64,000 nucleotides of DNA from Adineta vaga (lineage: Eukaryota; Animalia; Rotifera): NCBI GenBank assembly GCA_021613535.1, contig CP075495.1, positions 14,074,001 to 14,138,000 on the forward strand, in the 5' to 3' direction. This document shows positions 1 through 12,273 of the stretch, piece after piece. A program made the translations under genes and the position numbers. How positions within the stretch are numbered: position 1 is the stretch's first letter; every line of letters begins with the position of its first letter. The notes under the pieces are model-generated. The model worked only from the letters and a program-made list of their open reading frames with translations. It was not told where the DNA came from and ran no database searches.

Positions 1-971
1 AATTTGCATTAGAACACGATGTCGATCACGATCACTACCAGCTTCATCAGCTTTAGCTAAATAATAATGCATTTTTTCGGGATTTGATTTATTTAATTGT
101 TCAACAAGTGTTAATGTTCGTTTGCATAAAGCTTGACCAATTGGATCGAATAAAACAAAAATTAAATCAGCATGATTACCTAAAGAGAAAGGTAAGACAA
201 GGAAAAAAAATTTATTTGTGAACAAACCAAGCCAAAGAATTGCTTGTTCAACATCGAATGGATATGCCATAGCACCATCGACAAGTCCAGGTGTATCGAT
301 AAAAGAAACAAGAGGAAATTTCTTTTGTTTCGAAGATGAAATTTCTGTTGTTATATAATTCATCAGACCTACGAAGAAGATTGTTATTTGAAGTAGAAAA
401 GAATACAAACGAACCAGGAATGTTTCCTAATGGACGAAGATAAGGAAATAAATGCATTGTTGCAGGACCCTATAATGTAATTGATAGAGATTAAGTTTCG
501 TTTTATATTTATGAATTTTGTTTACGATTACCATTAGTGATTCTCGTCGTTTACCACTTGTAATAATGGAAACTCCTATAGATATCGATAAAGAAAAACT
601 ATTATACGTATGATTTCATTTACCTTGAGTTTCGATTGCTACTCCAGTTCGTTGAACATTATCTTCAATATACCAGTTGACAAGAGATGATTTACCTATT
701 GATTTCAAAAGTTAAGAAACTTCTCTTCGTTTCCAAAGATAAAATTCAATTTTACCAGCGCTATGATTGCCAATAAGTAATATACTTATCTTCTTATTTG
801 GAGCTATGATAGATAGACCAAGCCATTGTGCGATTGTGACAAGTCCTACAAGATTTTGAAGATGAAAATATCCGTGAGAAAATACTCAAAGAAACCTGTA
901 TCAGGATGATGATAAATATGTTCAATTTCATTGACAATTTGTTCGTATTGAGGTGTAATCATACGTTGCAT
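1..971 (-). CDS. Dynamin-superfamily (Dynamin_N/EHD-like) P-loop GTPase, multi-exon; 3' end runs off the window
   Basis: Hand-spliced translation MQRMITPQYEQ...LLIGNHSAGKSSLVNWY (G1), GVAIETQG (G2), FIDTPGLVDG (G3), ADLIFVLFDP, LAKADE (G4-like). Introns are GT-AG. Confidence 0.75.
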
Positions 972-1729
972 TGTACTGGCAAACTAGTGTTATTTTTACT
1001 ACAATTCAGCAATGTCGAAGTCATAAGAAAAATGTGAATGTTGATATAATGTAATCTATCTACCAAGGAAAATGTACAATAGTTATTCTGATTATTCTAA
1101 CGATATATAAACAAAGTCAATGAATCATTTTTTTTTATATTCGAGCCATTGTTTGAAATAATTTCATCGTAGATCTAGTGATAGATGTCGGTCTTCAACA
1201 ATCATTATGAATCCTCGATCAAGTTAATTTTGACATAAACTTTTGATTGAGAACAATTCAAGTGAAATGAGTGAATCTTCTTTGATTGTCTACTTTTGGA
1301 ATTAATATGGATGAGATTGATGAATTGACTGTCTGACAAAAGTTTATAGCTATCAAAAATCATAAGGATCTTTGAAATAGTTACAGTCTTTTTTATTGTT
1401 GCCAGACACACACGCACGCACACATTTACACTTATAGAAAAGAAAAATACAAGTTAACCACATAGAATGTTTTTTAGTTAGTTAGTTTGCTTGTTTGTTT
1501 GTTTGCTATATTTTTTTAAAGAGAAAGAGAAAGACGCACGTTTACACAAAGAACAGCAAAAAGAGACAAAAAAAACCATCATCCTCAGCAAGAAACAGCT
1601 CAGAGTAGTAGTGGTAGAAAAAGAAAAACGACAACAACAGCAAAAAGTAAGTACACTGTGCATTATTGTGGTTAATGTTGTCGTTGTTGCTGGAACAATC
1701 AGCTTCATATATCAAAATGTTTATTTCTT

Positions 1730-3115
1730 TTAATACGGATTAGAACGATTGTCTCTACTAGAACCATGACTGGCACCACGACCACCACCACGATATTCAC
1801 CACCGCCACCACCACCACCACCACGATAGTCACCTCCTCGATCTCCACCTAATGAGAGAAAAATACATTAAAGAAAATAAATCAAAGATATTTACCTCTG
1901 CCGCGATAGCCTCCAAAATCGCCGCCGCCACCACCACCACCTCCTCCTCCTACAATGATAATAAATGAAATATATTAATAATGGGACATAAGAGATCGTT
2001 TTCTCAATATATACCTCGACCACGAAATCCGCCACGACCCCGGAAACCACCTCGACCACCAAATGCAGAGGCACGACGAGTAGCTAATGAGATTTTAACA
2101 ATACTGGACAGAACTTCTTTTTCTGTTTTCATAAAAGAATAAAATACAGTAGTTGAAAAGTAAAGTACAGAAAAAGAACATACCATTATACCAATCGATG
2201 GCTGCCTGTGCTGCTGCGTCATCTTCATAAGTAACTGTTGCTTCACCTTTACCTTCTCCAGTTGCTTTATCTTTATAAATCCAAATTTTTGGTAATCCCG
2301 TTTTCTTATCAATCTAGTAAAGAAAAATATAAAATGTGTAGAAAATCTTGTATTCATAGTAACATAATAAGATGTTACTTTGATTATTCCGATTTGACTA
2401 AAAACGTCTTTGAGCTCATCTGCAGTAACACTTCGTGGTAAATTTTGAATGAATATGGTATCACGTTGGATTTCCATCCCTGAATCACCTCCGCCATAAC
2501 CGCTGCCACCACTATTATAATCACTTCGACCACGATTGTCATCATTATTACTTTGATGATCATTTCGACTACGATTATATCCACTACTTCCTCTATCATC
2601 GTTGTTATTTCGGCCACGACTGTATCCACCACTACTGCCTTTATCATCATTATTTTGGTAATCACTGCGACCACGATTATAACCACTGTCGTTGCCACCT
2701 CCGCTTCCATAACCTGCAGAGAGGACAAAGTATGTGTTGATGCCAATAATCATCCCGTATGAATTGTCAATTTTTGAAGGTCAAAAACTGACATACAAGA
2801 TTTAACAAAAAGTTTTTATGTTTACCTCCGCTACTACGTGAATTAGAATCGGAATAGTTTCGTTTTTGTCCACTACAATATGAAAATTGAGTGAAAATTA
2901 AAAAAAAAAGATCAAATCAATAGATAAACTACCTGTTATTATCATGACTACTTCGATCACCGCCACTTCGTCCTGAATGGTAGTCACTACTTGAATAACC
3001 ACCACTACTACCATGTCTAAGCATAGAAGAAATCAAAGAAAGAAATAGAAACTATCACCAATAATGCAAAATCTCACCCATCACCACCACCGGAATCACG
3101 TCCGTATCCAGACAT
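1730..3115 (-). CDS. FET-family RNA-binding protein (cabeza/FUS/EWSR1/TAF15-like)
   Basis: S/G/Y/D-rich low-complexity N-terminus; RRM starting DTIFIQNLP with the FET KK-loop (IDKKTGLPKIWIYKDKATGEGKGEATVTYED after splicing); RGG repeats; C-terminal R-x-x-PY nuclear localisation signal (RSNPY*). Confidence 0.85.
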
Positions 3116-3643
3116 TTAATGGAAAGTGTAATATGTGAATCTTGAATTTAAATCACAGAGATAAAGAAGAAGAATTTTGAATGGTATTGAATGAAATGAA
3201 TTGAATAGAAAGAAGAAAGAGAAAAGTAAACAGCACTTTCCCAATACTGCTACACGTACAATGGATATGAGCAATCGACGAATCGAATGAGAACAATTGA
3301 AATGAACTTGTACAAAATATAACAAGTATCTATGTAGATTATATTAAAATAATTAAAATATCACAAAAGTATTTAAAAAATAACTCCAAGAAGAAAAATT
3401 TATAAATATTATGATTGATAACTGTCTCCATCTATCTATATCCATGTATCTTGAATAAGTGTTATAATATTAAATGAATCAGATTGTATTGCGTTGAAAA
3501 GAAATCAGTTAAGTCGATTCTTTTCTATCAGTGAGAATCTTGTTGCGTAGATATGGAATTCAATGATGCCTACGGCTATCGTTCGTTTTATTAAAAAAGA
3601 CCAAGCATATATACAATAAATTATATACAAAACAGAATAAAAG

Positions 3644-5696
3644 TTATTCTTCTTCACCACTCGTCGATTGACGCACAGATCTTCCATCTAGTGATGCTTG
3701 TTCTTCTTCTTCTGCTGTTGTATTCTTTGCAAAAATAAGACCATTACGAGTTAAACCATAGAATGTCGATGGTTTTAATGATGGATTACGAAAACGCCAT
3801 CCAAGATGATTACCACATAGGCGACATTGTACAATTGTCCATTTATATCCTGGAAACCAAGAATGTTCAGCTACTTCTTGTCCAATTAAACGAACATTTT
3901 TCACTTGAAGAACAGTCAATGTTTCATGAATTTGTCCATGCGGATTGACATATGCAGCCATTAATCCTGAAGCAGACATTGAAAATATATGACGATCTTC
4001 ACAAATATCTGCAGCACAATGACGACAAGCAAATTTCTTATAACGTCTTAACCACGTTAATATGAAACGTACTAGAAGAGATGTAAACGAATGTTTTGAA
4101 TTACTCGATTATAAATACTTACATCTTTGAATTGTTGTTGGAAACGATAGAATTTTCTGTACCGTTTGAATTTCAAATGGAATATTCATTAATAACCAAT
4201 CCGCAAAACGATCTGGTGTTACTGGTAATGATCCATCATCATTCGCTAACATTGTATTGTTCAATTCAAGTTTAACTAATGACATTACATAGACATCATC
4301 ATATCGACGTACAACCCAATATGGATAAGGTGTTAAAGACCATGGACATCGACGTGATCGTAATCGAAATAGATTCTGTTTCAAAGGATTAGAAAGTATG
4401 AGACCTAAACAAAGAGAATCTGACAAAATAAATCATCAGTTATGTTAATTTTATTTTACTTTTTGATTCATGTGAAGTCGTCGAAGATGATGAAGATGTT
4501 GTTCGTTTTCGTTTAATTAAATTTATTAAAGCTTGTCCACAGCCAGTTGTTTGTTGTTCATTATCATCAGTATGTCTGAAACGTTTTTGTCGTTGTAAAC
4601 AAAGATCATACTGTAAAGTAAAATTAATTGTATGAATATAATTTTGACTTATACTTGGAAAAGGTGGCCGTCTCAATTGTATATCAGGAAGAATTCGTAC
4701 ATAAGCACGAAGTATACCATTTAAATCACGTTTCATTTTTGATGGATCATCTATAACAAAACGTTGTCGTCCAATAATTTTCAATTGTAATGATTGATCA
4801 TTTAATTCTTCATAATAGGAGACAATTTCTGCTGTTGTACCATATTTTGGATCATTTGTTAAGAATGATGAACAAGCATCGATCACACCAAATAAACGTT
4901 GTTCTTGTTTAGCTTCTTTTATCATTCGTGCTGTTCGAGTATTGAAGACTTGCCAAGGAACAGTTTGATTTGGTATTAATATCATATTTGCTAATTCAAC
5001 AATATGTAGAAGACAACGGCGATCATCGGATAATAAACAAACACCACTAAATTCTTGAAAATTTTCAACATTCATATATGAATGTGTCGTTGGTAATAGA
5101 CGATCATAAGTGACTTGACCATCGAGTTGTTCATCACCGGATGATGCTTAAAAGAAAGAAAAGAATCAATTTCTTTCTTTTCATATGAAATATTTTCACT
5201 AAGATATAACAAGAATTTCGAAAAAGAAAATCTTCTTACCATTATCTGCGTCTTCCCAGTCCTCGCCATCATCATCATCCATATCGTCTAAATGTTGTGC
5301 TTGATTATTTAAATCTAATAATAAATGTCGTTGAATATTACGAATTTGTTCTAAATAAATATTCAAATATATCCATCTATATATTTATAAAGAACAATGT
5401 GATGTTAAATATGTACCTTGTAAACGATTGAGTTGTTCTTGTTCATGATTGAGATTATCTTCTAAATCATTCATTTCTTGTTCATCATCATCATCATCAT
5501 CTTCAATATGTTGTTGTTCGATACCTTCCCATGGACGGAATGCTAGTGCAGGTATTTGTGGAAAACGTCTTCGATTTTCTTCATCAATATCTGGTTGCTG
5601 TTCAACAGCATCTTCGAAATTTGATGGAGGAGCATTACCGTCTAACTCGTGTGTTTCGTCGTGAGATGAAGGATATTCGTTATCATTAGAAGCCAT
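3644..5696 (-). CDS. CRBN: Cereblon (LON-like domain plus CULT thalidomide-binding domain), multi-exon
   Basis: YDRLLPTTHSY, ILIPNQTVP, YGTTAEI, GRQRF (LON domain); CRHC...YVNPHGQIHETLTV...EHSWFPGYKWTIVQCRLCGNHLGWRF (CULT zinc cysteines and tri-Trp pocket). Confidence 0.95.
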
Positions 5697-5833
5697 TTGT
5701 CTAAAGGTAGAAGAAAAGGAGCCCATTATAAACACGATCATTCTCTGTTCACACTGGGTTCTTTTTATTCAAATTTTTCTTTTTGAAAAACAAAAAAAAA
5801 TAATAAAGAAATAGAAAAACAGAAAACACTAAA

Positions 5834-6052
5834 TTAACTAATTTGTTTTAAACGATCTTGTCGTTTTTTCTTTAAATAATCTTCTACTTCAACTAATTCT
5901 TGTTGGTTAGCTTGATACTCAGCTTCAGCTTTCTGAATGAAATCTTTATAATCGCTCATAGGATTTAACCAAATATGGGCAGTTTGAGAACCAACCACAA
6001 ATGCAAAAGTATTCGCTAAAGATACATAAAACAGACGTCGAACAGGTAACAT
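5834..6052 (-). CDS. UQCC6: BRAWNIN/C12orf73-like complex III assembly microprotein (72 aa, single exon)
   Basis: MLPVRRLFYVSLANTFAFVVGSQTAHIWLNP...: one N-terminal hydrophobic helix, then the G[AS][EQ]xxHxxxxP signature and a charged tail. It lies directly downstream of SMIM4. Confidence 0.7.
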   Translation of the reverse strand: MLPVRRLFYVSLANTFAFVVGSQTAHIWLNPMSDYKDFIQKAEAEYQANQQELVEVEDYLKKKRQDRLKQIS

Positions 6053-6114
6053 TGTTCTATAGAAACAAAGATGAATTCTTTTACAAGAATAATGTCTATA
6101 AAAACAAACCAAAA

Positions 6115-6484
6115 TTAACTAGTAGCTTTCGTAGGAAGTGAATTATTTGATGATGGTGGTTGAAGAGTAAGAGTTTTTAAATAATCGTCAAGATGATGTT
6201 TTTTAACAACAAATTCGTGTGCTTGTTTTCGCTTATAAACGTCGTCTAATTTAGAAAAAAAAGGAAAACAATATTGAAGGTAAAAGAGGTGTGTTTGTAA
6301 GCATACAAAAATTGATATTGTTAATACGTAATTTGCAGAGAACGATCTCGAAAAGAAAACCAGCAGCAAAGAAAATTGGTGGAAAACGCCAATCACCAAG
6401 AAGTTTCTTTCCGGGAATGGAATTTGATACAACAAAAGCTATGAATCTCCAATCGGGTAATTTCGAACGAAGTTTTTTAAACAT
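6115..6484 (-). CDS. SMIM4: SMIM4/UQCC5 complex III assembly microprotein; exons 6484-6307 and 6245-6115
   Basis: IPGKKLLGDWRFPPIFFAAGFLFEIVLCKLRINNINF|YDVYKRK matches the SMIM4 pattern PGKxxFGxYRFLPxFFxLGxxxE...FYDVYRRK. A 61-nt GT-AG intron (6306-6246) joins the two frames. Confidence 0.88.
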
Positions 6485-6739
6485 AGCATCGAAAAAAGTC
6501 AATCTTCGTCATAAAAATAGAAAACAACACACACGAGAAAAGAGAAAAATTGTACAAGAGATTTATCAATGGTTCGATGATACACCAATCATTAAAAAAA
6601 AGTCATTTTCGAAGAAATATATCTAACGACATCTAGATTTACAACTGCGGGATTTGTTCTTTTCGAATAAATTTCTTTCTCATTTTGAAAATTAACGATT
6701 AAATAGTTTCTTTGAATTAATGATTAATTCGAATCATCA
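6485..6739. promoter_or_regulatory. Short divergent (head-to-head) promoter region between SMIM4 and the coiled-coil gene
   Basis: 255 nt separate two divergent ATGs. The region contains GCGGGA (E2F-like, about 6646) and TTTGAA (CHR-like, about 6684 and 6711). These motif calls are weak in AT-rich DNA. Confidence 0.5.
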
Positions 6740-9091
6740 ATGGAATCAACACAATCACCTCTGGTGGTTTTTGGACCTGATCATATTGATACAAGTCGTG
6801 CTGAATTGTTGGTACAATGTTTGAGTAATTAAAGAATAGATTATTTGTATTTGATTTTCTTTCAATTAGTGAATATTCTCTTTTGTAGATGAAAAAATTA
6901 AAGAAAAACGATTTAAATTACAAAAAATGGTTAAAATTAATGAAGGTTTGTCGTTTTAAATATTAGTTTCTTCTTTTTATTTATTTATAAAAATAGAAAA
7001 GAAAAAGCGAAATGAATTGATGAAAAATGAAGCAATACAATTAACAACAAAATTGACAAATATTGAACAAGAAAATATTGCTCGTGAACAGCAACTTCTA
7101 TCCGAACAAGCTCGAATTAAAGAATTGCAATTGAATATTCAAATGCTTGATGAACATAATAGTAAGAATATGACTTGATAGATGATCATAAATCAATGAT
7201 TAATAAAATATTTTTTATTCTAGCTTCAATCAAACGTGATTGTATGAATGAAGAACAAAAATATGAACAGGAAAAATGTGTACTTATCAGTAAATTTGAA
7301 CGTACAAAACAACAATGGACTGAAATTTTCAAACCACAGTTTGTTGCAAGTTCTTTCTTTCATTGATCTGGTTTCTTGAAGATATATTTTAGATATGAAC
7401 AATCGAAAGTTTATCAATATTTAAAACAAGGAGATGTTGCTTATAATTCGTTAGTTGAACGAAAAGAAACATTACTTAATGCACAAAAACGTGCTTATAA
7501 AGATTATATTTCACGTCGTCAAGAGTTTTGTACTGGAGAAAAACTTCATCTAACGATTGTATCTATGGCTAAATATTATATTTCTCGACGTGATAAATTA
7601 TTTCAATTAAATCAAATGAAAACTAAATTAATTGAATTAGAAAATAAAGAAAAACAATTAATTGAAAACAAAAATGACAAAATGAAAGCATGGGAGAGTG
7701 TGTATACTCAACCAATGAAACGTGATTTAATGGATTTTTGTTTACAAACGAATATTGATCAAGCTTTAACACTTTCATTTAATCAAATTCAACAAGATAT
7801 TTTCTCACAACCAATGACACCAATGATTTTAACACCACAAAATGAACAAATTGAATTAATTCCAATAGAATCAATGAATAGTAAATCAACTATACCGTAA
7901 GTCTCATCTTTATGTACATTTTTTACTTGCACATAAATATTTCTTAGATTCCAATCATCATCCATTGAACGTGATAGATCGGATCATGAAATGAGTGAAC
8001 CATTGGTAGCACAATCAAGTTCATCTATAGAATGTAATCGGTCAGCTCCATCTTCAATTCTTCATCTTACAACAGCTATTGAGGATGATGACGATGAATT
8101 ATTTTCTACATCACGTCGAAAAGTACCACCCATAATTCAAGTAAAGAATTTCAATTAAATTTCTTCATATACTTCATGTTTGAGAACTTTATAGTTGGAA
8201 CAAATGAGTATTCATGATGGTCCACCAAGTACACAAGCATTTGTCGTATCAACAACTACAAATAAAAATAATGATCAATCTCAAAATATTCAACCACTTA
8301 CACAAGCATTTACAACTGTTTCATCAGAAGTATCATCGCCAGCACCATCATCAACAACATTAACAATGAAACCACCTGAATCATTACCCATTCCATCCAT
8401 GAATGTTGTTGTTAATAAATGCCATTCATCTGTAGCATTTTCTCGACTTCCAAATCGATCCATGACATCAGCAATTCAACCACAAGTGACGAGTAATGAT
8501 GTTCAACAAATGTTATTAACATTTTCACCAGATCCATCGTCAGATCATAATGAACCAATTCAACCCATGGAAGATGAATCAGAACAACAACAACAACGAC
8601 CGACATTTTCTATGACTTCATCCATTGAATCAACTACAAGTATCGAAGAGTAGGACACAGATTTCACTATACTATTAATAGTATAAATTTATCTGTTATA
8701 GTGGATATACAGGTTTTAATTACAATTTCGGTTTTAACAGTAGTTCAGCAAGGATGTACCTGTTAGTGGTACAAATTTCACGTCACCAATTAGTTTTGAT
8801 AATTGGGCTCAACTTGGTTCACCAATAACAACAGATTCGAGTGAACAATTTTCGGCATTTTTACAACAGACAACGAATGGTAGTAATAATGTTGATGGTT
8901 CATTTTCATTTGCTTCATTTAATTACGGTGGTATGTTTGGTAGTTTTCTTTAGTTTTAATTCAAATTGATTTCTTTCGTTTTGTTTTTAGATTTAGGTAG
9001 TAGTGAAACAACGACAAATGGAACATTTGGTTCATTCTTCTTTGGAAATACTGGAAATTCAATCGATAAAGAATCGGCACAAAATAACTAA
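6740..9091 (+). CDS. Uncharacterised protein with an N-terminal coiled coil, an S/T/P-rich disordered middle and a Phe-studded C-terminus; multi-exon
   Basis: The frame is continuous across several GT-AG introns (MESTQSPLVV...KIKEKRFKLQKMVKINE...ORFs 7376-7900 and 8195-8653...GTFGSFFFGN...AQNN*). Confidence 0.7.
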
Positions 9092-9281
9092 ATAATGAAT
9101 TTTGTTTTTAGAAAGAATATTTTATTGTAAATTAGATTATTTAATTTATTTCATTATTGAAAATTAAAATAAAGTTAGAAGATAGGAAAAAAACGATTTA
9201 TTCATTTCACAGTAGAAAAATTTCATCAATCAAATTTTAAGTTATCTTGGTCTGATTAAGTTTATATTCAAAATTGAGATA

Positions 9282-9387
9282 TCACGTGCCTCAGTTAGAA
9301 TTCGAAGATAAATACTAGTAGATAGATTGTTGTCGAATTGAAAAGCAGAATAATATCTCTCTATTATGACTTGTCAATCGAATATTT
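9282..9387 (+). repeat. Dispersed direct repeat, copy 1 (copy 2 at 12402-12497)
   Basis: The 65-nt core 9323-9387 matches 12433-12497 with 4 mismatches; both copies begin tcacgtgc...agttaga. Confidence 0.85.
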
Positions 9388-11587
9388 CCATCAATTAAAA
9401 ATTTTCATTCTTATTTCATTTCAGTATTTGTTGATGAGTATTCAGACTATAAATGTTAAAGAGAATGAAAGAGAAAAAATATATAGCAGTATTTTCTCGA
9501 AAGATATCAGTCATAAAGGTGATATGAGTTTAGAACATATTCATAGTTTGTTGTAATATTCCACACGTAAGCTCAATAAATCATCGACAATGATTCTAAT
9601 TGAATATTCAACAAGAAGAACACAGAATGGACCAAAAACGTCAAGAATTTGAACGAAATCGATGTCAACTAGAAGAAAATTTCAATGAAACCGGATTTCA
9701 CAATCAAATTCCTCTCATTGGTAAACTTGATTTTCTTTCTTTTCTTTTCAGGAAATTAACGGAAAAAGGTCTTTTCAAATTTTATCTGGTCTTCAAACAT
9801 TCTCAAGATTTTTTCCTTTTTATCAAGCATAAACCATTTTCACTCATTGATCTAGAAGATTTATGAAAATTAATTATATATCTATTCTTTAAATGTCGTT
9901 TATCAAAAAGAATCGAAGACGTACATCATCATATGATAAAAACGTTCAGCCTCATTGATATCAAAAGAACATGTTTACAGTGACAAATTAATTGTTTATT
10001 ACAGAATAACTGAATGTTTTTTCATGAGTACTAGATAAAAAAAATCCGAATTATATGGAACAAGCACAGAAAATTAACGAGAAACGATGAGACAATTCTT
10101 CAACTGATATACTTGAAATAAAAAATGAGGCTACGATCACAGAAAAAAAGAACATCCGTTGATGATAATATGAACTGATATTGGAAGACGGCCTATTTTG
10201 GTTTATGATCATCAATAAGCCTGTTTATCTGAATTTGTTAGTGATTAACTGTAATGAGATCTTGAATTAGTTGATCATTTAGATGGTTGACTTGACTAAC
10301 AAGTTCGGTATTTGAATTCTAGGAGAAAAAAACATATACGTTTGTTTGTCGGCTGAGGAAAAACACGAATATCAGATATACCTCTTTTTCAGACATAGAA
10401 ATTCTACTACTTCTTTAGATAGCTATACAAGTAAACTAATAGCTGTCTATTTATATACATGAACCGAAAACATTATAGAAAATAAAACAATTAAAACGGA
10501 AATAAGCATGTGATTGGTCCATTCTGTTTTATTTTTTTATAGTGTGCTTTCGGCCTAATGTAAGAATGGAAACAGTCAATGAGAACAATGACTAAATAGA
10601 ACCATAATCATACATTCATTAATTGACCTTTTCTTCAAGTTTATCATTTGTAGATGATAGGAATAAAAGACAAAAAAAGAAAAAAACCTCTCCCTCAAAC
10701 TCGATTTCATTAAGGAAGAAAATTTCACTCACTGGAAAACTAGACGTATTGAAAAAAAAGCACTTACTTGAGATACGTGACGATTTGAAATATTAAATGG
10801 TTCTTCTTAGCTTTCATCCTATTTTAAACAGGCAATGTCTCGTAAAATCAATTTTACTTCCAAGATTTGTTTAGAGTTTTCTTTAAAAAAACATTTATTG
10901 AAAATATCTTACTTCATCCGAGATATTCATTAGTACCTGAGAAAAAATCATAGGTTTATTTTGGTTACTGTAGTTCTATTGGATCTATTCGAACAATAGT
11001 TAACTTACTATTTTTCTTGAAAGGATAGTCATCGAATAATTTTGAAATCGAGTTAGTTACACTTGACATCTAAAAATTAGAATTGTAGATTTCCACCTCA
11101 TCGTAAGTCTATCTGCTTTGTTGAGAACGAAGCGATGAAAGTGAAGTGAAGAACAAAGATTATTTTGTTGATCTTGTTCGAAACTTAACAGTGAACATGT
11201 TCATAGAGAAAAATCTTTCACCCTTGATAAAATTTATCATTTATAAGCTTCTTCTGTTTCTGTCATAATCTCGTTTGATCATTGTAAAAGCAACAAAATA
11301 CTCACTTTTGATTATGCGATACACTGAATAAAATAAAATGTAATATTTAACAATTTATTTGTTTTCAATAACTTCAAGTAAAAACCGAATATGCAATTTT
11401 CGTATCTGAAAGAAATAAAGCAAATCGTTATATACAAAGACATTCATACATATTAATATTTTTATTTAGAAATTCTCTCTTGTTGCTTTTAGCACTGATT
11501 GTTTGATTGTTCTTTATTTCTATCGCGTCATGTGAATAACGAATTTACGACTTTTCTTTCTTACGAATAATATACAGAGACGACAGA

Positions 11588-12273
11588 ACGTAATAAAAGT
11601 TAGCAGCGGATTCGAGTATTTCCTGCTGATATTTGCTTGTGGACTTGTGATGAGTCTATAAGTGGTTGTGATGGATGTAGAATTAAATTCTGCATCGAAT
11701 GGTGTACTTTTTATTAGGGGTTGTCGAGGTGAAATTGGGAGTTTTGACCGAAATACTAGTATTTGAGACTAATTTCTAATCAGTAATCCTTGATGATATT
11801 CGCCCCTACATCTGTGATGAGTCTATAATTGGTTGTGATGGATGCAGAATTCAATTCTCTATCGAGTGGTGTAGTTTTCAAAAAGGTTTGTCGGAGGAAA
11901 AAAGGGGGAGAGGTTGGCCCAAATACTGGGATATGCTGTGATCCTTTCCCTCACGCCCTTCTTCATCCAACAAACCTTTTTGAAAACTACACCACTCGAT
12001 AGAGAATTGAATTCTGCATCCATCACAACCAATTATAGACTCATCACAGATGTAGGGGCGAATATCATCAAGGATTACTGATTGGAAATTAGTCTCAAAT
12101 ACCAGTATTTCGGTCAAAACCCCCAATTTCATCTCGACAACCCCTAGTAAAAAGTATACCATTCGATGCAGAATTTAATTCTACATCCATCACAACCACT
12201 TATAGACTCATCATAAGTCCACAAACGAATATCAGCAGGAAATACTCGAATCCGCTGCTAACTTTCATTACGT
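11588..12273. mobile_element. Non-autonomous foldback/MITE-like DNA transposon (Mutator-like by TSD length), 686 bp
   Basis: Inverted arms of about 304 bp (11588-11891 and 11970-12273; acgtaat...attacgt) are flanked by a perfect 9-bp direct repeat GACGACAGA (11579-11587 and 12274-12282). No transposase ORF is present. Confidence 0.9.

Noticed and set aside
6291-6626. 111-aa plus-strand ORF overlapping SMIM4
   Set aside because: It is an antisense shadow of SMIM4 with a non-ATG start and Lys-rich composition from T-rich sequence.
9600-9866. ORF as a functional gene
   Set aside because: No consistent downstream exon chain exists (stops follow the candidate acceptor) and no domain is recognisable. 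At most it is a relic.
11646-11880. Repeated units in the palindrome arms as a CRISPR array
   Set aside because: There are only two degenerate units per arm, no unique-spacer periodicity and no cas genes, and the context is eukaryotic.
11878-12162. 94-aa ORF inside the foldback element as a transposase
   Set aside because: It has no DDE or zinc-finger motifs, and the mirror arm carries stops in the equivalent frame, so it is incidental.
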